Source: an uncultured Acidobacteriota bacterium
GTDB taxonomy: Bacteria > Acidobacteriota > Thermoanaerobaculia > Multivoradales > UBA5704
Assembly: GCA_963757335.1 (NCBI GenBank)
Contig: CAVWRJ010000001.1
Span: forward strand, 6,917 to 70,916
DNA length: 64,000 bases
Direction of reading: 5' to 3'
This document shows positions 44,331 through 52,809 of this stretch, piece by piece. Every line of letters starts with the position of its first letter. Position 1 is the first letter of the stretch. The position numbers and the translations under genes were made by a program. The notes under the pieces are model-generated. The model worked only from the letters and a program-made list of their open reading frames with translations, made no database searches and was not told where the DNA came from.

Positions 44331-45412
44331 CGGAGTTTCAGAGTCGAGAGGGAGAGGAGCGCGAAGAGGATCGAGAGGATCCAGAAGCGCACGATAACCT
44401 TGGGCTCGGCCCACCCGGAAAGCTCGAAGTGGTGATGGAGGGGGGCCATGCGGAACACCCGCTTGCCCGTAAGCTTGAAGGAGGTCACCTGGATGATTAC
44501 CGAGAGCGCTTCGAGGACGAAGACCCCGCCGACGACGACCAAGAGGATCTCCTGCTTGCCGAGGACGGCGACGCTCCCGATGGCGGCGCCGATCGAGAGC
44601 GAGCCCACGTCCCCCATGAACACCTCGGCTGGATGAGAGTTGAACCAGAGAAAGCCGAGGCTGGCGCCGACCAGGGCACCGCAGAAGACCGCCACCTCGC
44701 CCACCCCGGGAACGTAGGAGACCTGGAGGTAGCCCGCGATCACCCGGTTGCCGGCGATGTAGGTGAAAACCGCATAAGTGGAAGCCGCGACGATCGTGCA
44801 GCCGATCGCTAGGCCGTCCAGCCCATCGGTCAGGTTGACCGCGTTCGACACCCCGACTAAGACGATGACTACGAAGGGGATATAGAGGGCCCCCAGGTGG
44901 AGCACCAGCCGCTTGACGAAGGGGAAGGTGAGGGTCGAGTCGAAGCCGTAGCCGTGCGGCAGGAGGAGGAGGGCGACCCCCATGACCGCGGCGGCGAGGA
45001 TCTGGAGGAGCAGCTTGGTGCGCGCCGTGAGCCCCAGGTTCCGCCGGTTCTTGACCTTCAGATAGTCGTCGAGGAAGCCGATCAGGCCGAAGGCGATCGT
45101 CACCAGGATGACCATCCAGATGTAGGGGTTGTCGAGGGTCGCCCAGAGGAGGGTCGGGACGATCACCGCGAAGAGGATGAGGAGGCCGCCCATGGTCGGC
45201 GTCCCCGCCTTCACCAGGTGGGCCTTGGGCCCGACGTCGCGGATGTTCTGCCCCACCGACAGCCGGCGGAGCCGACGGATGAAGGCCGGCCCCAGAAACC
45301 AGGAGAGGAGGAGCGCGGTGACGATCGCCATCGCCGCCCGGAAGGTGATGTAGCGGAAGACGTTGAACGCCTGGATGTGGTTGCGGAGCGGGAAGAGGAA
45401 GTGGTAGAGCAT
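44327..45412 (-). CDS. mraY: Phospho-N-acetylmuramoyl-pentapeptide transferase
   Basis: MLYHFLFPLRNHIQAFNVFRYITFRAAMA, TPTMGGLLIL, NLTDGLDGLA and RMAPLHHHFELSGW are present. Confidence 0.95.
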   Translation of the reverse strand: MLYHFLFPLRNHIQAFNVFRYITFRAAMAIVTALLLSWFLGPAFIRRLRRLSVGQNIRDVGPKAHLVKAGTPTMGGLLILFAVIVPTLLWATLDNPYIWMVILVTIAFGLIGFLDDYLKVKNRRNLGLTARTKLLLQILAAAVMGVALLLLPHGYGFDSTLTFPFVKRLVLHLGALYIPFVVIVLVGVSNAVNLTDGLDGLAIGCTIVAASTYAVFTYIAGNRVIAGYLQVSYVPGVGEVAVFCGALVGASLGFLWFNSHPAEVFMGDVGSLSIGAAIGSVAVLGKQEILLVVVGGVFVLEALSVIIQVTSFKLTGKRVFRMAPLHHHFELSGWAEPKVIVRFWILSILFALLSLSTLKLR

Positions 45413-46851
45413 CAGTGTCCCCCTCCCGTCAGGCCGGCCCCGGCAACCGTGCCCCGCGCCGCGAGCAGGCGGTCGACGACCGCTTCGAGCTTCACCCCGC
45501 GCGAGCCCTTGACCAGCACCAGGTCGCCGTCCCGCACCTCGCCTGCCGCCCACTCGGCAGCGGCGGCGGCGTCGGGAAACCAGGGCGCCGCCGCCCCCCG
45601 GGCGGCGGCGGCCGCCGCCAGCTCGCGGGCCAGCTCCCCCACTCCGGCGACCGGCGAGAAGCCGAGGCCGGCCGCCCGCTCCCCCGCGGCGCGGTGGAAG
45701 CGGGGTCCCTCGGGGCCCAGCTCCAGCATGTCGCCGAGGACGGCGATTCGCCGTTCGCCGGGAAGCTGGGCGGCCCCCGCGAGCGCCTGGTCGACGGCAT
45801 CGGGGTTCGAGTTGTAGGAGTCGTCGATCAGGGTGACCCCGCCGGGCAGCCGGTGGACGACCCCGCGCTTCGCCGCCGGCCGGACCCCGGCGACCGCGCC
45901 GGCGATCTCCGGCAGGGTGATCCCGAGGGCCTGCGCGCAGGCCGCGGCGGCCAGGCAGTTGCCGACGTTGTAGAGCCCGTGGAGCGGCAGGGCGACCTCG
46001 ACGCTCCGGCCCCCAGCGCCGGCGACATGAAGGTGAAAGCGGCTCCCCACCTCGCCGTTCGGGGCTGGGGAGACGCCGGTCGCCCTGACGTCGACGCCTT
46101 CCCCGAATCCATACCAGACGATCTTTCCACCCCGCCGGCGGGCGATGCGCGACACCTCGGGGTCGTCGGCGTTGGCTACGACGAGGCCCTCGGGAGGCAG
46201 CCCGGCGAGCAGCTCGGACTTGGCCTCGGCGATCGCCTGGAGAGTGCCGAAGAACTTCAGATGGACGGGGCGGACGACGGTGAAGAGCGCCACGTCGGGC
46301 CGGCCGAGGAGCGACAGCTGGCGCAGCTCGCCCGGGGTCGACATCCCCATCTCGGCCACCATCCACTCGGTGCCGTCGGGGACGTTCAGGAGCGACAGCG
46401 GGAAACCGTAGAGGTTGTTCAAATTTCCCGGGGTGCGGGCCACCCGGTAGCGGACGGCGAGCATCGCCGCGAGCAGCTCCTTGGTGGTCGTCTTGCCGGC
46501 CGAGCCGGTGATCCCCACGAGCTTCTGCGGCACCCGCTCCCGGAGATGCCGGGTGAGATCATGGAGGGCGCGGAAGGTGTCGGGGACGGTGATCAGGGCA
46601 CCCCGCTCGGGAGAGGCGACTTCCTGCTGCACCATGGCCGCCGCCGCGCCGCGGGCGAAGGCGTCGGCCACGAAGCGGTGGCCGTCGGTCTGCTCGCCGG
46701 GGAAGGCGAAGAACAGGTCTCCGACATCGCCAATATTGCCGCCATGGACCGCCCGCGAATCGATGGCGGCGCCCTCCCAGAGGGTCTCCGGATCGCCGGT
46801 CACCCGGCCCCCCACGGCCGCCGCCGCCTCGGCGACGCTACACCGAGCCAT
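45412..46851 (-). CDS. murF: UDP-N-acetylmuramoyl-tripeptide--D-alanyl-D-alanine ligase
   Basis: VGITGSAGKTTTKE and LIDDSYNSNPDA are present. The gene sits between murE and mraY. Confidence 0.9.
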   Translation of the reverse strand: MARCSVAEAAAAVGGRVTGDPETLWEGAAIDSRAVHGGNIGDVGDLFFAFPGEQTDGHRFVADAFARGAAAAMVQQEVASPERGALITVPDTFRALHDLTRHLRERVPQKLVGITGSAGKTTTKELLAAMLAVRYRVARTPGNLNNLYGFPLSLLNVPDGTEWMVAEMGMSTPGELRQLSLLGRPDVALFTVVRPVHLKFFGTLQAIAEAKSELLAGLPPEGLVVANADDPEVSRIARRRGGKIVWYGFGEGVDVRATGVSPAPNGEVGSRFHLHVAGAGGRSVEVALPLHGLYNVGNCLAAAACAQALGITLPEIAGAVAGVRPAAKRGVVHRLPGGVTLIDDSYNSNPDAVDQALAGAAQLPGERRIAVLGDMLELGPEGPRFHRAAGERAAGLGFSPVAGVGELARELAAAAAARGAAAPWFPDAAAAAEWAAGEVRDGDLVLVKGSRGVKLEAVVDRLLAARGTVAGAGLTGGGH

Positions 46852-48340
46852 AGCGCTCCAGGAGGGCCCGCGCGATCTCCTCCCGGTCGGAGAAGGGGAT
46901 CTTGCTGCCGCCCAGGTCCTGCGTCCCTTCGTGCCCCTTGCCCGCCACCAGCACCGCCCACCCCGGGGAGGCGGCGGCGATAGCGGCGCGGATCGCCTCC
47001 CGGCGGTCCGGCACCACCCGGTAGTCCCGGTTGCCGCTCGCCTTCAGGCCCTCCTCGACGGCGCGGAGGATGGCGAGCGGGTCCTCCCGCCGCGGGTTGT
47101 CGGAGGTGGCGATCGGCAGGTCGGCGAGCTCGCCCGCCACCCGGCCCATCACCGGCCGCTTGCCGGGATCGCGCTCGCCGCCGCAGCCGAAGACCACCGC
47201 CACTTTGGTCTGGGCGAGCTCGCGCACCGAGCGGAGAGCCGCGGCCAGGGCGGCGTCGGTGTGGGCGTAGTCGACGAAGACCGGGAAGGGCTGGCCGCGG
47301 TCGACCGGCTCCATCCGCCCGGCGATCGGCCGCTGGGCGGCGAAGGCGGCGACGATCGCCGGGTGCGGCAGGCCCAGCGCCTCCGCCCCAGCGGCAGCGG
47401 CGAGGAGGTTTTCGAGGTTGAAGCGGCCGAGGAGCGGCGAGCGGAAGGTCAGCTCGCCGCGCGGGGTGGCGAGGGTGGCGCGGATGCCCTTCACCCCCAG
47501 CTCGACCGCGAGCGGTGCCACGTCGCCTCCTTCACCAAAGGTAAGCGCGCCGGGGATCTCCGCCGCCAGGCGCCGGCCGTAGGGGTCGTCCAGGTTGACC
47601 ACCGCGCGGCCCTCGGGCTTCAGGTGGTCGAAGAGCTGCTTCTTGGCCGCGAAGTAGCCCTCCATGTCGCCATGGAACTCCAGGTGATCGCGGGTGAGGT
47701 TGGTGAAGATGGCGACGTCGAACTCGGCCCCGTCCACCCGGTGGAGGTCGAGGGCGTGCGAGGAGACCTCCATCGCCACCCCCATCACCCCAGTGCCGCC
47801 CTGGGCGCGCATCTCGCGGAGAGTGCGGAAGAGGTCCGCGGCCTCCGGAGTCGTCCGCTCGCCGGGGAAGGGCTGGCCGCCCAGCCGGTAGCCGAGGGTG
47901 CCGATGAAGCCGGCGGGCTTCCCCGTCGCCTCGGCGAGGATCGCGGCGAGGAGGGTGGCGACCGTCGACTTACCGTTCGTCCCCGTCACCCCGGCCAGGA
48001 GCAGCTCGCGGTCCGGGTGCCCGTAGACCCGGGCGGCGAGGGGGCCGAGGAGCGCCCGCGGATCGGCGGCGGTGAGCCAGGGGACGGGAAAGCCCTCCGG
48101 GACGCCGCCCATGCCGCCCATGCCGCCAATACCGCTCGGGCCGAGCACCGCCACGGCGCCGCGGCCCACCGCCGCGTCGGCGTAAGCGCGGCCGTCGTGG
48201 CGCTCGCCCACCATGGCGACGAAGAGGTCGCCCGGGGCGACCGCCCGCGAGTCGTGCGCCACGCCGCGAACCTCGACCGTTTCCAGATCCCGGAGGCACC
48301 GCTCGACGGGGAGGCCCGCGACCAGCTCAGAGAGTCGCAT
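46838..48340 (-). CDS. murE: UDP-N-acetylmuramoyl-L-alanyl-D-glutamate--2,6-diaminopimelate ligase
   Basis: LAGVTGTNGKSTVATL, MEVSSHAL, TNLTRDHLEFHG and DYAHTDAAL are present, together with a DNPR motif (SDNPRRED). Confidence 0.95.
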   Translation of the reverse strand: MRLSELVAGLPVERCLRDLETVEVRGVAHDSRAVAPGDLFVAMVGERHDGRAYADAAVGRGAVAVLGPSGIGGMGGMGGVPEGFPVPWLTAADPRALLGPLAARVYGHPDRELLLAGVTGTNGKSTVATLLAAILAEATGKPAGFIGTLGYRLGGQPFPGERTTPEAADLFRTLREMRAQGGTGVMGVAMEVSSHALDLHRVDGAEFDVAIFTNLTRDHLEFHGDMEGYFAAKKQLFDHLKPEGRAVVNLDDPYGRRLAAEIPGALTFGEGGDVAPLAVELGVKGIRATLATPRGELTFRSPLLGRFNLENLLAAAAGAEALGLPHPAIVAAFAAQRPIAGRMEPVDRGQPFPVFVDYAHTDAALAAALRSVRELAQTKVAVVFGCGGERDPGKRPVMGRVAGELADLPIATSDNPRREDPLAILRAVEEGLKASGNRDYRVVPDRREAIRAAIAAASPGWAVLVAGKGHEGTQDLGGSKIPFSDREEIARALLERYGSV

Positions 48341-50318
48341 GGGGGCGGCCTCCCGGCTTGGCGATCGAGCGGGGAGCGAGCGGAGCGGGCCGCGCCGCCG
48401 TCGGGACGGTCGCGGGGAGCGGAGCGGCGGTAGCGGTAGCCGGGGTCGGGGCGGTGGGAGCGGTTGGAGCCACCGCGTCCGCGGGGGCCAGCTCCTCGAT
48501 GTCCAGCTCGGGGTCGGGGGCGGTGGCGGTGGCGGGCGCCTTGGCCGATGCCGGCGATGCCGGCGACTGCGGCGACGGCGGCCGGCGCAGGCTCGCCAGC
48601 ATCGGATTGCCGGGGTTGCCGGGCAGCTCGCCGGGCCAGTGGGCGAGCGGCGTCCGCTCGGGGCGGACCCCCAGGTAGAGGAGCACCTGGCGGGTGATGG
48701 CGCCGAAGGCCGGGGCCGCCACCTGGGCGCCGTAGTACTCGAAGCCCTGGGGCGAGTCGATGGCCACGACCCCGACGAGCGCCGCCCGGCCGGCGGGGGC
48801 GTAGCCGATGAAGCTCGGGATGTAGCTGCCGTGGGCGTAGCCGCCGACCCCCGGCTTCTGGGCCGTGCCGGTCTTCCCCGCCACCCGGTAGCCCGCCACC
48901 GCGGCGCTCTTGCCGGTGCCGCCGGTCACCACCCCTTCGAGCATCCCCTCGAGCACCCGGGCGGTCTCCGGGGTGATCGGGCGGCCGGCGAACGGCGGCA
49001 CGGGGTGGCGGTTCTCGATCGTCTCCCCCTTGCCCACCGCCGCGACGACGTGCGGGGTCAAGAGGACGCCATGGTTGGCGACCGCGGCGAGCGCCGCGGT
49101 GAGCTGGAGGGGGGTCACCGAGACCCCCTGGCCGAAGGCGATGTAGGCTTTGCTGAGCGGCCGCCAGGCTTTCAAGGGGGCGAGGATGCCCGGGCTCTCC
49201 CCGGGGAGGTCGATCCCCGTCGGCCGGCCGAAGCCGAACTCCCGGATGGTCTTGTAGAGCCGCTCGTCCCCCAGCCGCAGGGCGACCTTGATGACCCCCA
49301 CGTTGCTCGACTTGGCGATGACGTCGGCGAAGGTCAGCCGGCCGTAGGGCTTGTGGTCGCGGATGCGGATGCCGTAGAGAGTGATCCCCCCCATCTCGCA
49401 GTCGAAGACCTCTTCCGGCCGCACGATGCCGGCCCCGAGCGCCGCCGCCGCGGTCACCACCTTGAAGGTGGAGCCCGGCTCGTAGGCATCCATGATCGCC
49501 CGGTTGCGCCACTGCCCCGGCGAGGACTCGCCGTAGCGGTTGGGGTCGAACGAGGGGTAGGTCGCCATGGCGAGGACGGCCCCGGTGGCGGGGTCGAGGA
49601 GCACGATGCTGCCGGTCTTGGCGCGGTTCTTCTCCACCGCGAGAGCCAGCTCGCGCTCGACGATGTGCTGGATGGTGGCGTCGAGGGTCAGGTAGAGATC
49701 GCGCCCCGGCTCGGGGTCGGCGGCGGCGAGGCCCGGGGCGATCACCGTGCCGCGGCGGGCGTCGCGCAGCAGGGTGCGGCGGCCGGGCCGGCCGGCGATC
49801 TCCCGGTTGTGGACCAGCTCCAGACCGGCGAGGCCCTGGTTGTCGGTGCCGACATAGCCGAGCACCTGGGCCGCCAGCTCGCGCATCGGGTAGTAGCGCT
49901 TGCTCTCGGGGAGGAAGTGGATGCCGGGGAGCTCCAGCCGGCGGATGGCCTCGGCGTCCGGCGGGTCGAGCTTGCGCGCCACCCAGACGAAGTCACCGCT
50001 CCGCGACAGCCGGCGCGCCAGGACCTCCTCGTCGAGATGGACGATGGGGGCGAGAGCTTTCGCCGTCGCCTGCGGATCGGGGATGTCCGCCGGGTCGGCC
50101 CAGGCGGAGTCGACCTGCACCGAGACCGCCAGCTCGCGGCCGTGGGCGTCGTAGATCGTGCCGCGCGGCGCGTCGAGCTCGACCACCGTCGTCTGCTGCC
50201 GCCGGGCCTTGCCGGCGTAGTGGTCGTAGCGGTAGACCTGGAGATACCAGAGGCGTCCCGCCACCAGCAGCACCCAGAGCAGACCGAAGACCGCGACCAG
50301 GTTCACCCGGTTCTTCAC
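48327..50318 (-). CDS. ftsI: Penicillin-binding protein (FtsI-type transpeptidase) with long Ala/Pro-rich C-terminal tail
   Basis: There is an N-terminal TM segment, a PBP dimerisation region, and GSTFKVVTAAAAL (SxxK), SSN and KTGTAQ motifs. The tail is PPSPQSPASPASAKAPATATAPDPE.... Confidence 0.9.
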   Translation of the reverse strand: MKNRVNLVAVFGLLWVLLVAGRLWYLQVYRYDHYAGKARRQQTTVVELDAPRGTIYDAHGRELAVSVQVDSAWADPADIPDPQATAKALAPIVHLDEEVLARRLSRSGDFVWVARKLDPPDAEAIRRLELPGIHFLPESKRYYPMRELAAQVLGYVGTDNQGLAGLELVHNREIAGRPGRRTLLRDARRGTVIAPGLAAADPEPGRDLYLTLDATIQHIVERELALAVEKNRAKTGSIVLLDPATGAVLAMATYPSFDPNRYGESSPGQWRNRAIMDAYEPGSTFKVVTAAAALGAGIVRPEEVFDCEMGGITLYGIRIRDHKPYGRLTFADVIAKSSNVGVIKVALRLGDERLYKTIREFGFGRPTGIDLPGESPGILAPLKAWRPLSKAYIAFGQGVSVTPLQLTAALAAVANHGVLLTPHVVAAVGKGETIENRHPVPPFAGRPITPETARVLEGMLEGVVTGGTGKSAAVAGYRVAGKTGTAQKPGVGGYAHGSYIPSFIGYAPAGRAALVGVVAIDSPQGFEYYGAQVAAPAFGAITRQVLLYLGVRPERTPLAHWPGELPGNPGNPMLASLRRPPSPQSPASPASAKAPATATAPDPELDIEELAPADAVAPTAPTAPTPATATAAPLPATVPTAARPAPLAPRSIAKPGGRPHATL

Positions 50319-50725
50319 TGCGGCCCCCCGGCCACGAGGGTGCTCGCCAGCGCCGTCGCCGCCGGCTCCTCGGCCCGCAGCTCCTCGGAAAAGATCACCT
50401 GCTCCATCTCCGGACCCTTCATGCCGAGCTCTTTGGCCGCCCGCTCCTCGATCCGCGGCGGGCTCGCCAGATAGGCGGACTCCAGCTGCAGCCGGCGCTC
50501 CTCCTGGGCGAGGTCGCGCTGGCGGCGTTCGAGATCGACGATCCGGTAGCCGGTGTCTAAGACCTCCAGGTGCATCCAGGTGTAGGCGAGGAGGCCGCCG
50601 CCCAGGCAGACCACCACGAAGACGACGAGGGCCAGCTCGCGCAACAGCCGCCGGTCGCGCTCGCGCACCAGGTAGGTGTTGACCACCGGGCGCGTGAAGG
50701 CGTACTCGCTCCTCGACTCCCTCAT
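50315..50725 (-). CDS. ftsL: Cell division protein FtsL-like
   Basis: The 136-aa protein has a single TM segment (LALVVFVVVCLGGGLLAYTW) followed by a coiled-coil-like region. It sits between rsmH and ftsI. Confidence 0.7.
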   Translation of the reverse strand: MRESRSEYAFTRPVVNTYLVRERDRRLLRELALVVFVVVCLGGGLLAYTWMHLEVLDTGYRIVDLERRQRDLAQEERRLQLESAYLASPPRIEERAAKELGMKGPEMEQVIFSEELRAEEPAATALASTLVAGGPQ

Positions 50726-50735
50726 CGCAGTCCTC

Positions 50736-51713
50736 TCACAGCCGGCGGGCGGCCCGCAGGCGCGCCGAGCGGGAGCGCGGGTTCCACCCCACCTCCTCGT
50801 CGCTCGGCCGGATGGGCTTTTTGGTCAGCACCTCGATCAGCTGGCTCTCCGAGCGCGGCCGGCCGGTCACCAGGTCGACCTGCCCGCGCGCCAGGTCGCG
50901 GAGCGAGTTCTTGACGATCCGGTCCTCCAGGCTGTGGTAGGAGATGATGACCAGCCGCCCGCCCTGGTCGAGCAGGCGCACCGTCTGCTCGATGAAGCCT
51001 TCGAGCCCCGAGAGCTCCTCGTTGACCTCGATCCGGAGCGCCTGGAAGACCCGGGTCGCGGGATCGACCCGCCCCTCGCGGTCCCGGTCGCCACCGCGGC
51101 CCCGGCTGCCGGCCTTGGCGCGGGCGATGACGTCCTTGAGACGGCCGGTCGTCACGATCGGCTCCGCGCTCCGCGCCCGCCCGATGGCACGGGCGATCCG
51201 CCGCGCCTGCCATTCCTCGCCGTAGTCCCTGAAGATCCGTTCCAAATCCCCCTCCGAGCTCCCGTTCACGATGTCCGCGGCGGTCCGCCCGCCCGGACCC
51301 ATGCGCATGTCGAGCGGCCCGTCCCGCCGGAAGCTGAAGCCGCGCTCGGCGACGTCCAGCTGCAGCGAGGACACGCCGAGGTCGGCGAGCACCCCGGAGA
51401 GGCTCCCCGGCCCGAGGTCCAGCCCCTCAAGGAGCGTCTCCAGTTGGTGGAAATTGCCTTCGGCGAGGTGGACCCGCTGGCCAAACTCTTCAAGGCGACC
51501 CGCCGCCCGTTCGAGGGCTTGCGGGTCGCGATCGACGCCGAGGAGCCGGGCCGCCTTGGACCGGGAGAGGAGCGCCGCGGCGTGCCCGCCGAGGCCCACG
51601 GTCGCGTCGACGAAGAGACCGCCGCGCTCGGGAGCGAGGAACTCCAGGGTCTCTTCGACCAGAACGGGCAGGTGCTCCCCATGCAAGGGCGCTCTTTCCC
51701 CAGTGCGGGACAA
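50736..51713 (-). CDS. rsmH: 16S rRNA (cytosine1402-N4)-methyltransferase
   Basis: HLPVLVEETLEFL, FVDATVGLGGHA, GVLADLGVSSLQLD and IISYHSLEDRIVK are present. Confidence 0.95.
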   Translation of the reverse strand: MSRTGERAPLHGEHLPVLVEETLEFLAPERGGLFVDATVGLGGHAAALLSRSKAARLLGVDRDPQALERAAGRLEEFGQRVHLAEGNFHQLETLLEGLDLGPGSLSGVLADLGVSSLQLDVAERGFSFRRDGPLDMRMGPGGRTAADIVNGSSEGDLERIFRDYGEEWQARRIARAIGRARSAEPIVTTGRLKDVIARAKAGSRGRGGDRDREGRVDPATRVFQALRIEVNEELSGLEGFIEQTVRLLDQGGRLVIISYHSLEDRIVKNSLRDLARGQVDLVTGRPRSESQLIEVLTKKPIRPSDEEVGWNPRSRSARLRAARRL

Positions 51714-51722
51714 CGAAGCCCG

Positions 51723-52164
51723 CTAGATCCCGCGCTCGGCAAGAGCGCGGAAATCGTCCTCGGTGAACGGCTGCTCAGAAAGGCGGGCGACGAAGCGGTC
51801 ATGGTTCCAGACCACCAGGTGGTCGAGCTGCGCCGAGACCACCACGTCGCCATTCATCCCCGCGCTCTCCCGCAAAATCTGCGGGATCGAGAATGCGGCC
51901 CTGCCCATCCAGACTGACCTGCTGACCGTAGTAGCTCACCCGCTCCAGGAAGCGCGACTTCGTCCGGTCGGTCGACGGCATCGCCTGTAGCCGCGCCTCG
52001 ATCTCCTCCCAGACCGGGAGGGGGTAGAGGAGCGCCGAGTCGCCGAGGACGGAGGTGACGAAGAGGTCCCCTCCAAACCGCTCCTCGATGAACCGACGGA
52101 AATCCGTCGGCACCTTGAGCCGCCCTTTGTCGTCGATCTTGGTAGGAGCGCTTCCGCGGAACAT
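51723..52164 (-). CDS. mraZ: Transcriptional regulator MraZ, one apparent frameshift at 51883-51891
   Basis: MFRGSAPTKIDDKGRLKVPTDFRRFI is the first DxxxR repeat. LDGQGRI then changes frame at ctcGATCcc to (I)PQILRESAGMNGDVVVSAQLDHLVVWNHDRF, the second repeat, which is in ORF 51723..51908. Confidence 0.85.
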
Positions 52165-52206
52165 GGGACCCGCCAATGCCAGCAGTCTGAGGCGAAATCC
52201 TAGCAG

Positions 52207-52237
52207 CCACGACCACTTTTGTCCATTTATTTCCACC
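52207..52237 (-). promoter_or_regulatory. MraZ-box-like direct repeats upstream of mraZ
   Basis: The minus strand reads GGTGGaaataAATGGacaaaAGTGGtcGTGG. TGG cores (top-strand CCA at 52233, 52223 and 52213) are spaced 10 bp apart, with an extra copy at 52207. The block lies 43-73 nt upstream of the ATG. Confidence 0.4.
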
Positions 52238-52488
52238 AAAGACCCCGGATTTCACGGCGAAGGTCCCCAAAGAGGAAGAAAAGGCGGTAACTGAGCGCGA
52301 TGGGTCACCGCCGGCTACACCGCATAGCGGGGAGCCGAACGCCGGCTCAAGAACGCTCGCGGAGCGGCACGGCATCGCCGTCCGCTATGACCTGGCTTGA
52401 AGGGGATCGTGCCGTACCGGCCGGGGAAGGCCGGATCCCCCCGCCCTGCGGACGATCGACGGGCGGGGGGATCGCGAGAGAGCCGAGT

Positions 52489-52668
52489 CTATTCCGGGAT
52501 GCAGTGCGCGCCCACGCAGGCCGTGACCTCGTTGGTCTGGCACGGGACGTCACAGGTCCGGTAGGCGCTCAAGAAATATTGGCCTTGGACGTTGGCGAGC
52601 ACGGGCTCGTTTAAGTGGAGCAGGGTTTCGCGGTGGAGAACCAGGCGGGTTGGGTTCTTCTTCTTCAT
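52489..52668 (-). CDS. 59-aa peptide with bacteriocin/RiPP-type leader and four-Cys C-terminal core
   Basis: My manual translation is MKKKNPTRLVLHRETLLHLNEPVLANVQGQYFLSAYRTCDVPCQTNEVTACVGAHCIPE*. A GGAGG RBS lies 5 nt upstream of the ATG. The ORF is below the 60-aa cutoff of the ORF track. Confidence 0.55.
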   Translation of the reverse strand: MKKKNPTRLVLHRETLLHLNEPVLANVQGQYFLSAYRTCDVPCQTNEVTACVGAHCIPE

Positions 52669-52809
52669 CGCAGCCTCCGACTTCCGATCCGGCCTGTACC
52701 ATTCCAGACCGGGCGAAGGGGACAGGACCTCTCCCCCAGACGGGCGAGAGTAGCAGACTTAGAGACGCTTAGCATTAAGCTGAAGAACCCTCGGCTCCCC
52801 TTCAAGGCC

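Noticed and set aside
38389-46366. Very long N-terminal extensions in the ORF track for ftsQ (818 aa), murC (872 aa), murG (647 aa), ftsW (429 aa) and mraY (679 aa).
   Set aside because: The extensions are Arg/Pro-rich off-frame readings of the upstream genes. Internal ATGs with ATGA or GTGA coupling give proteins of canonical length and N-termini.
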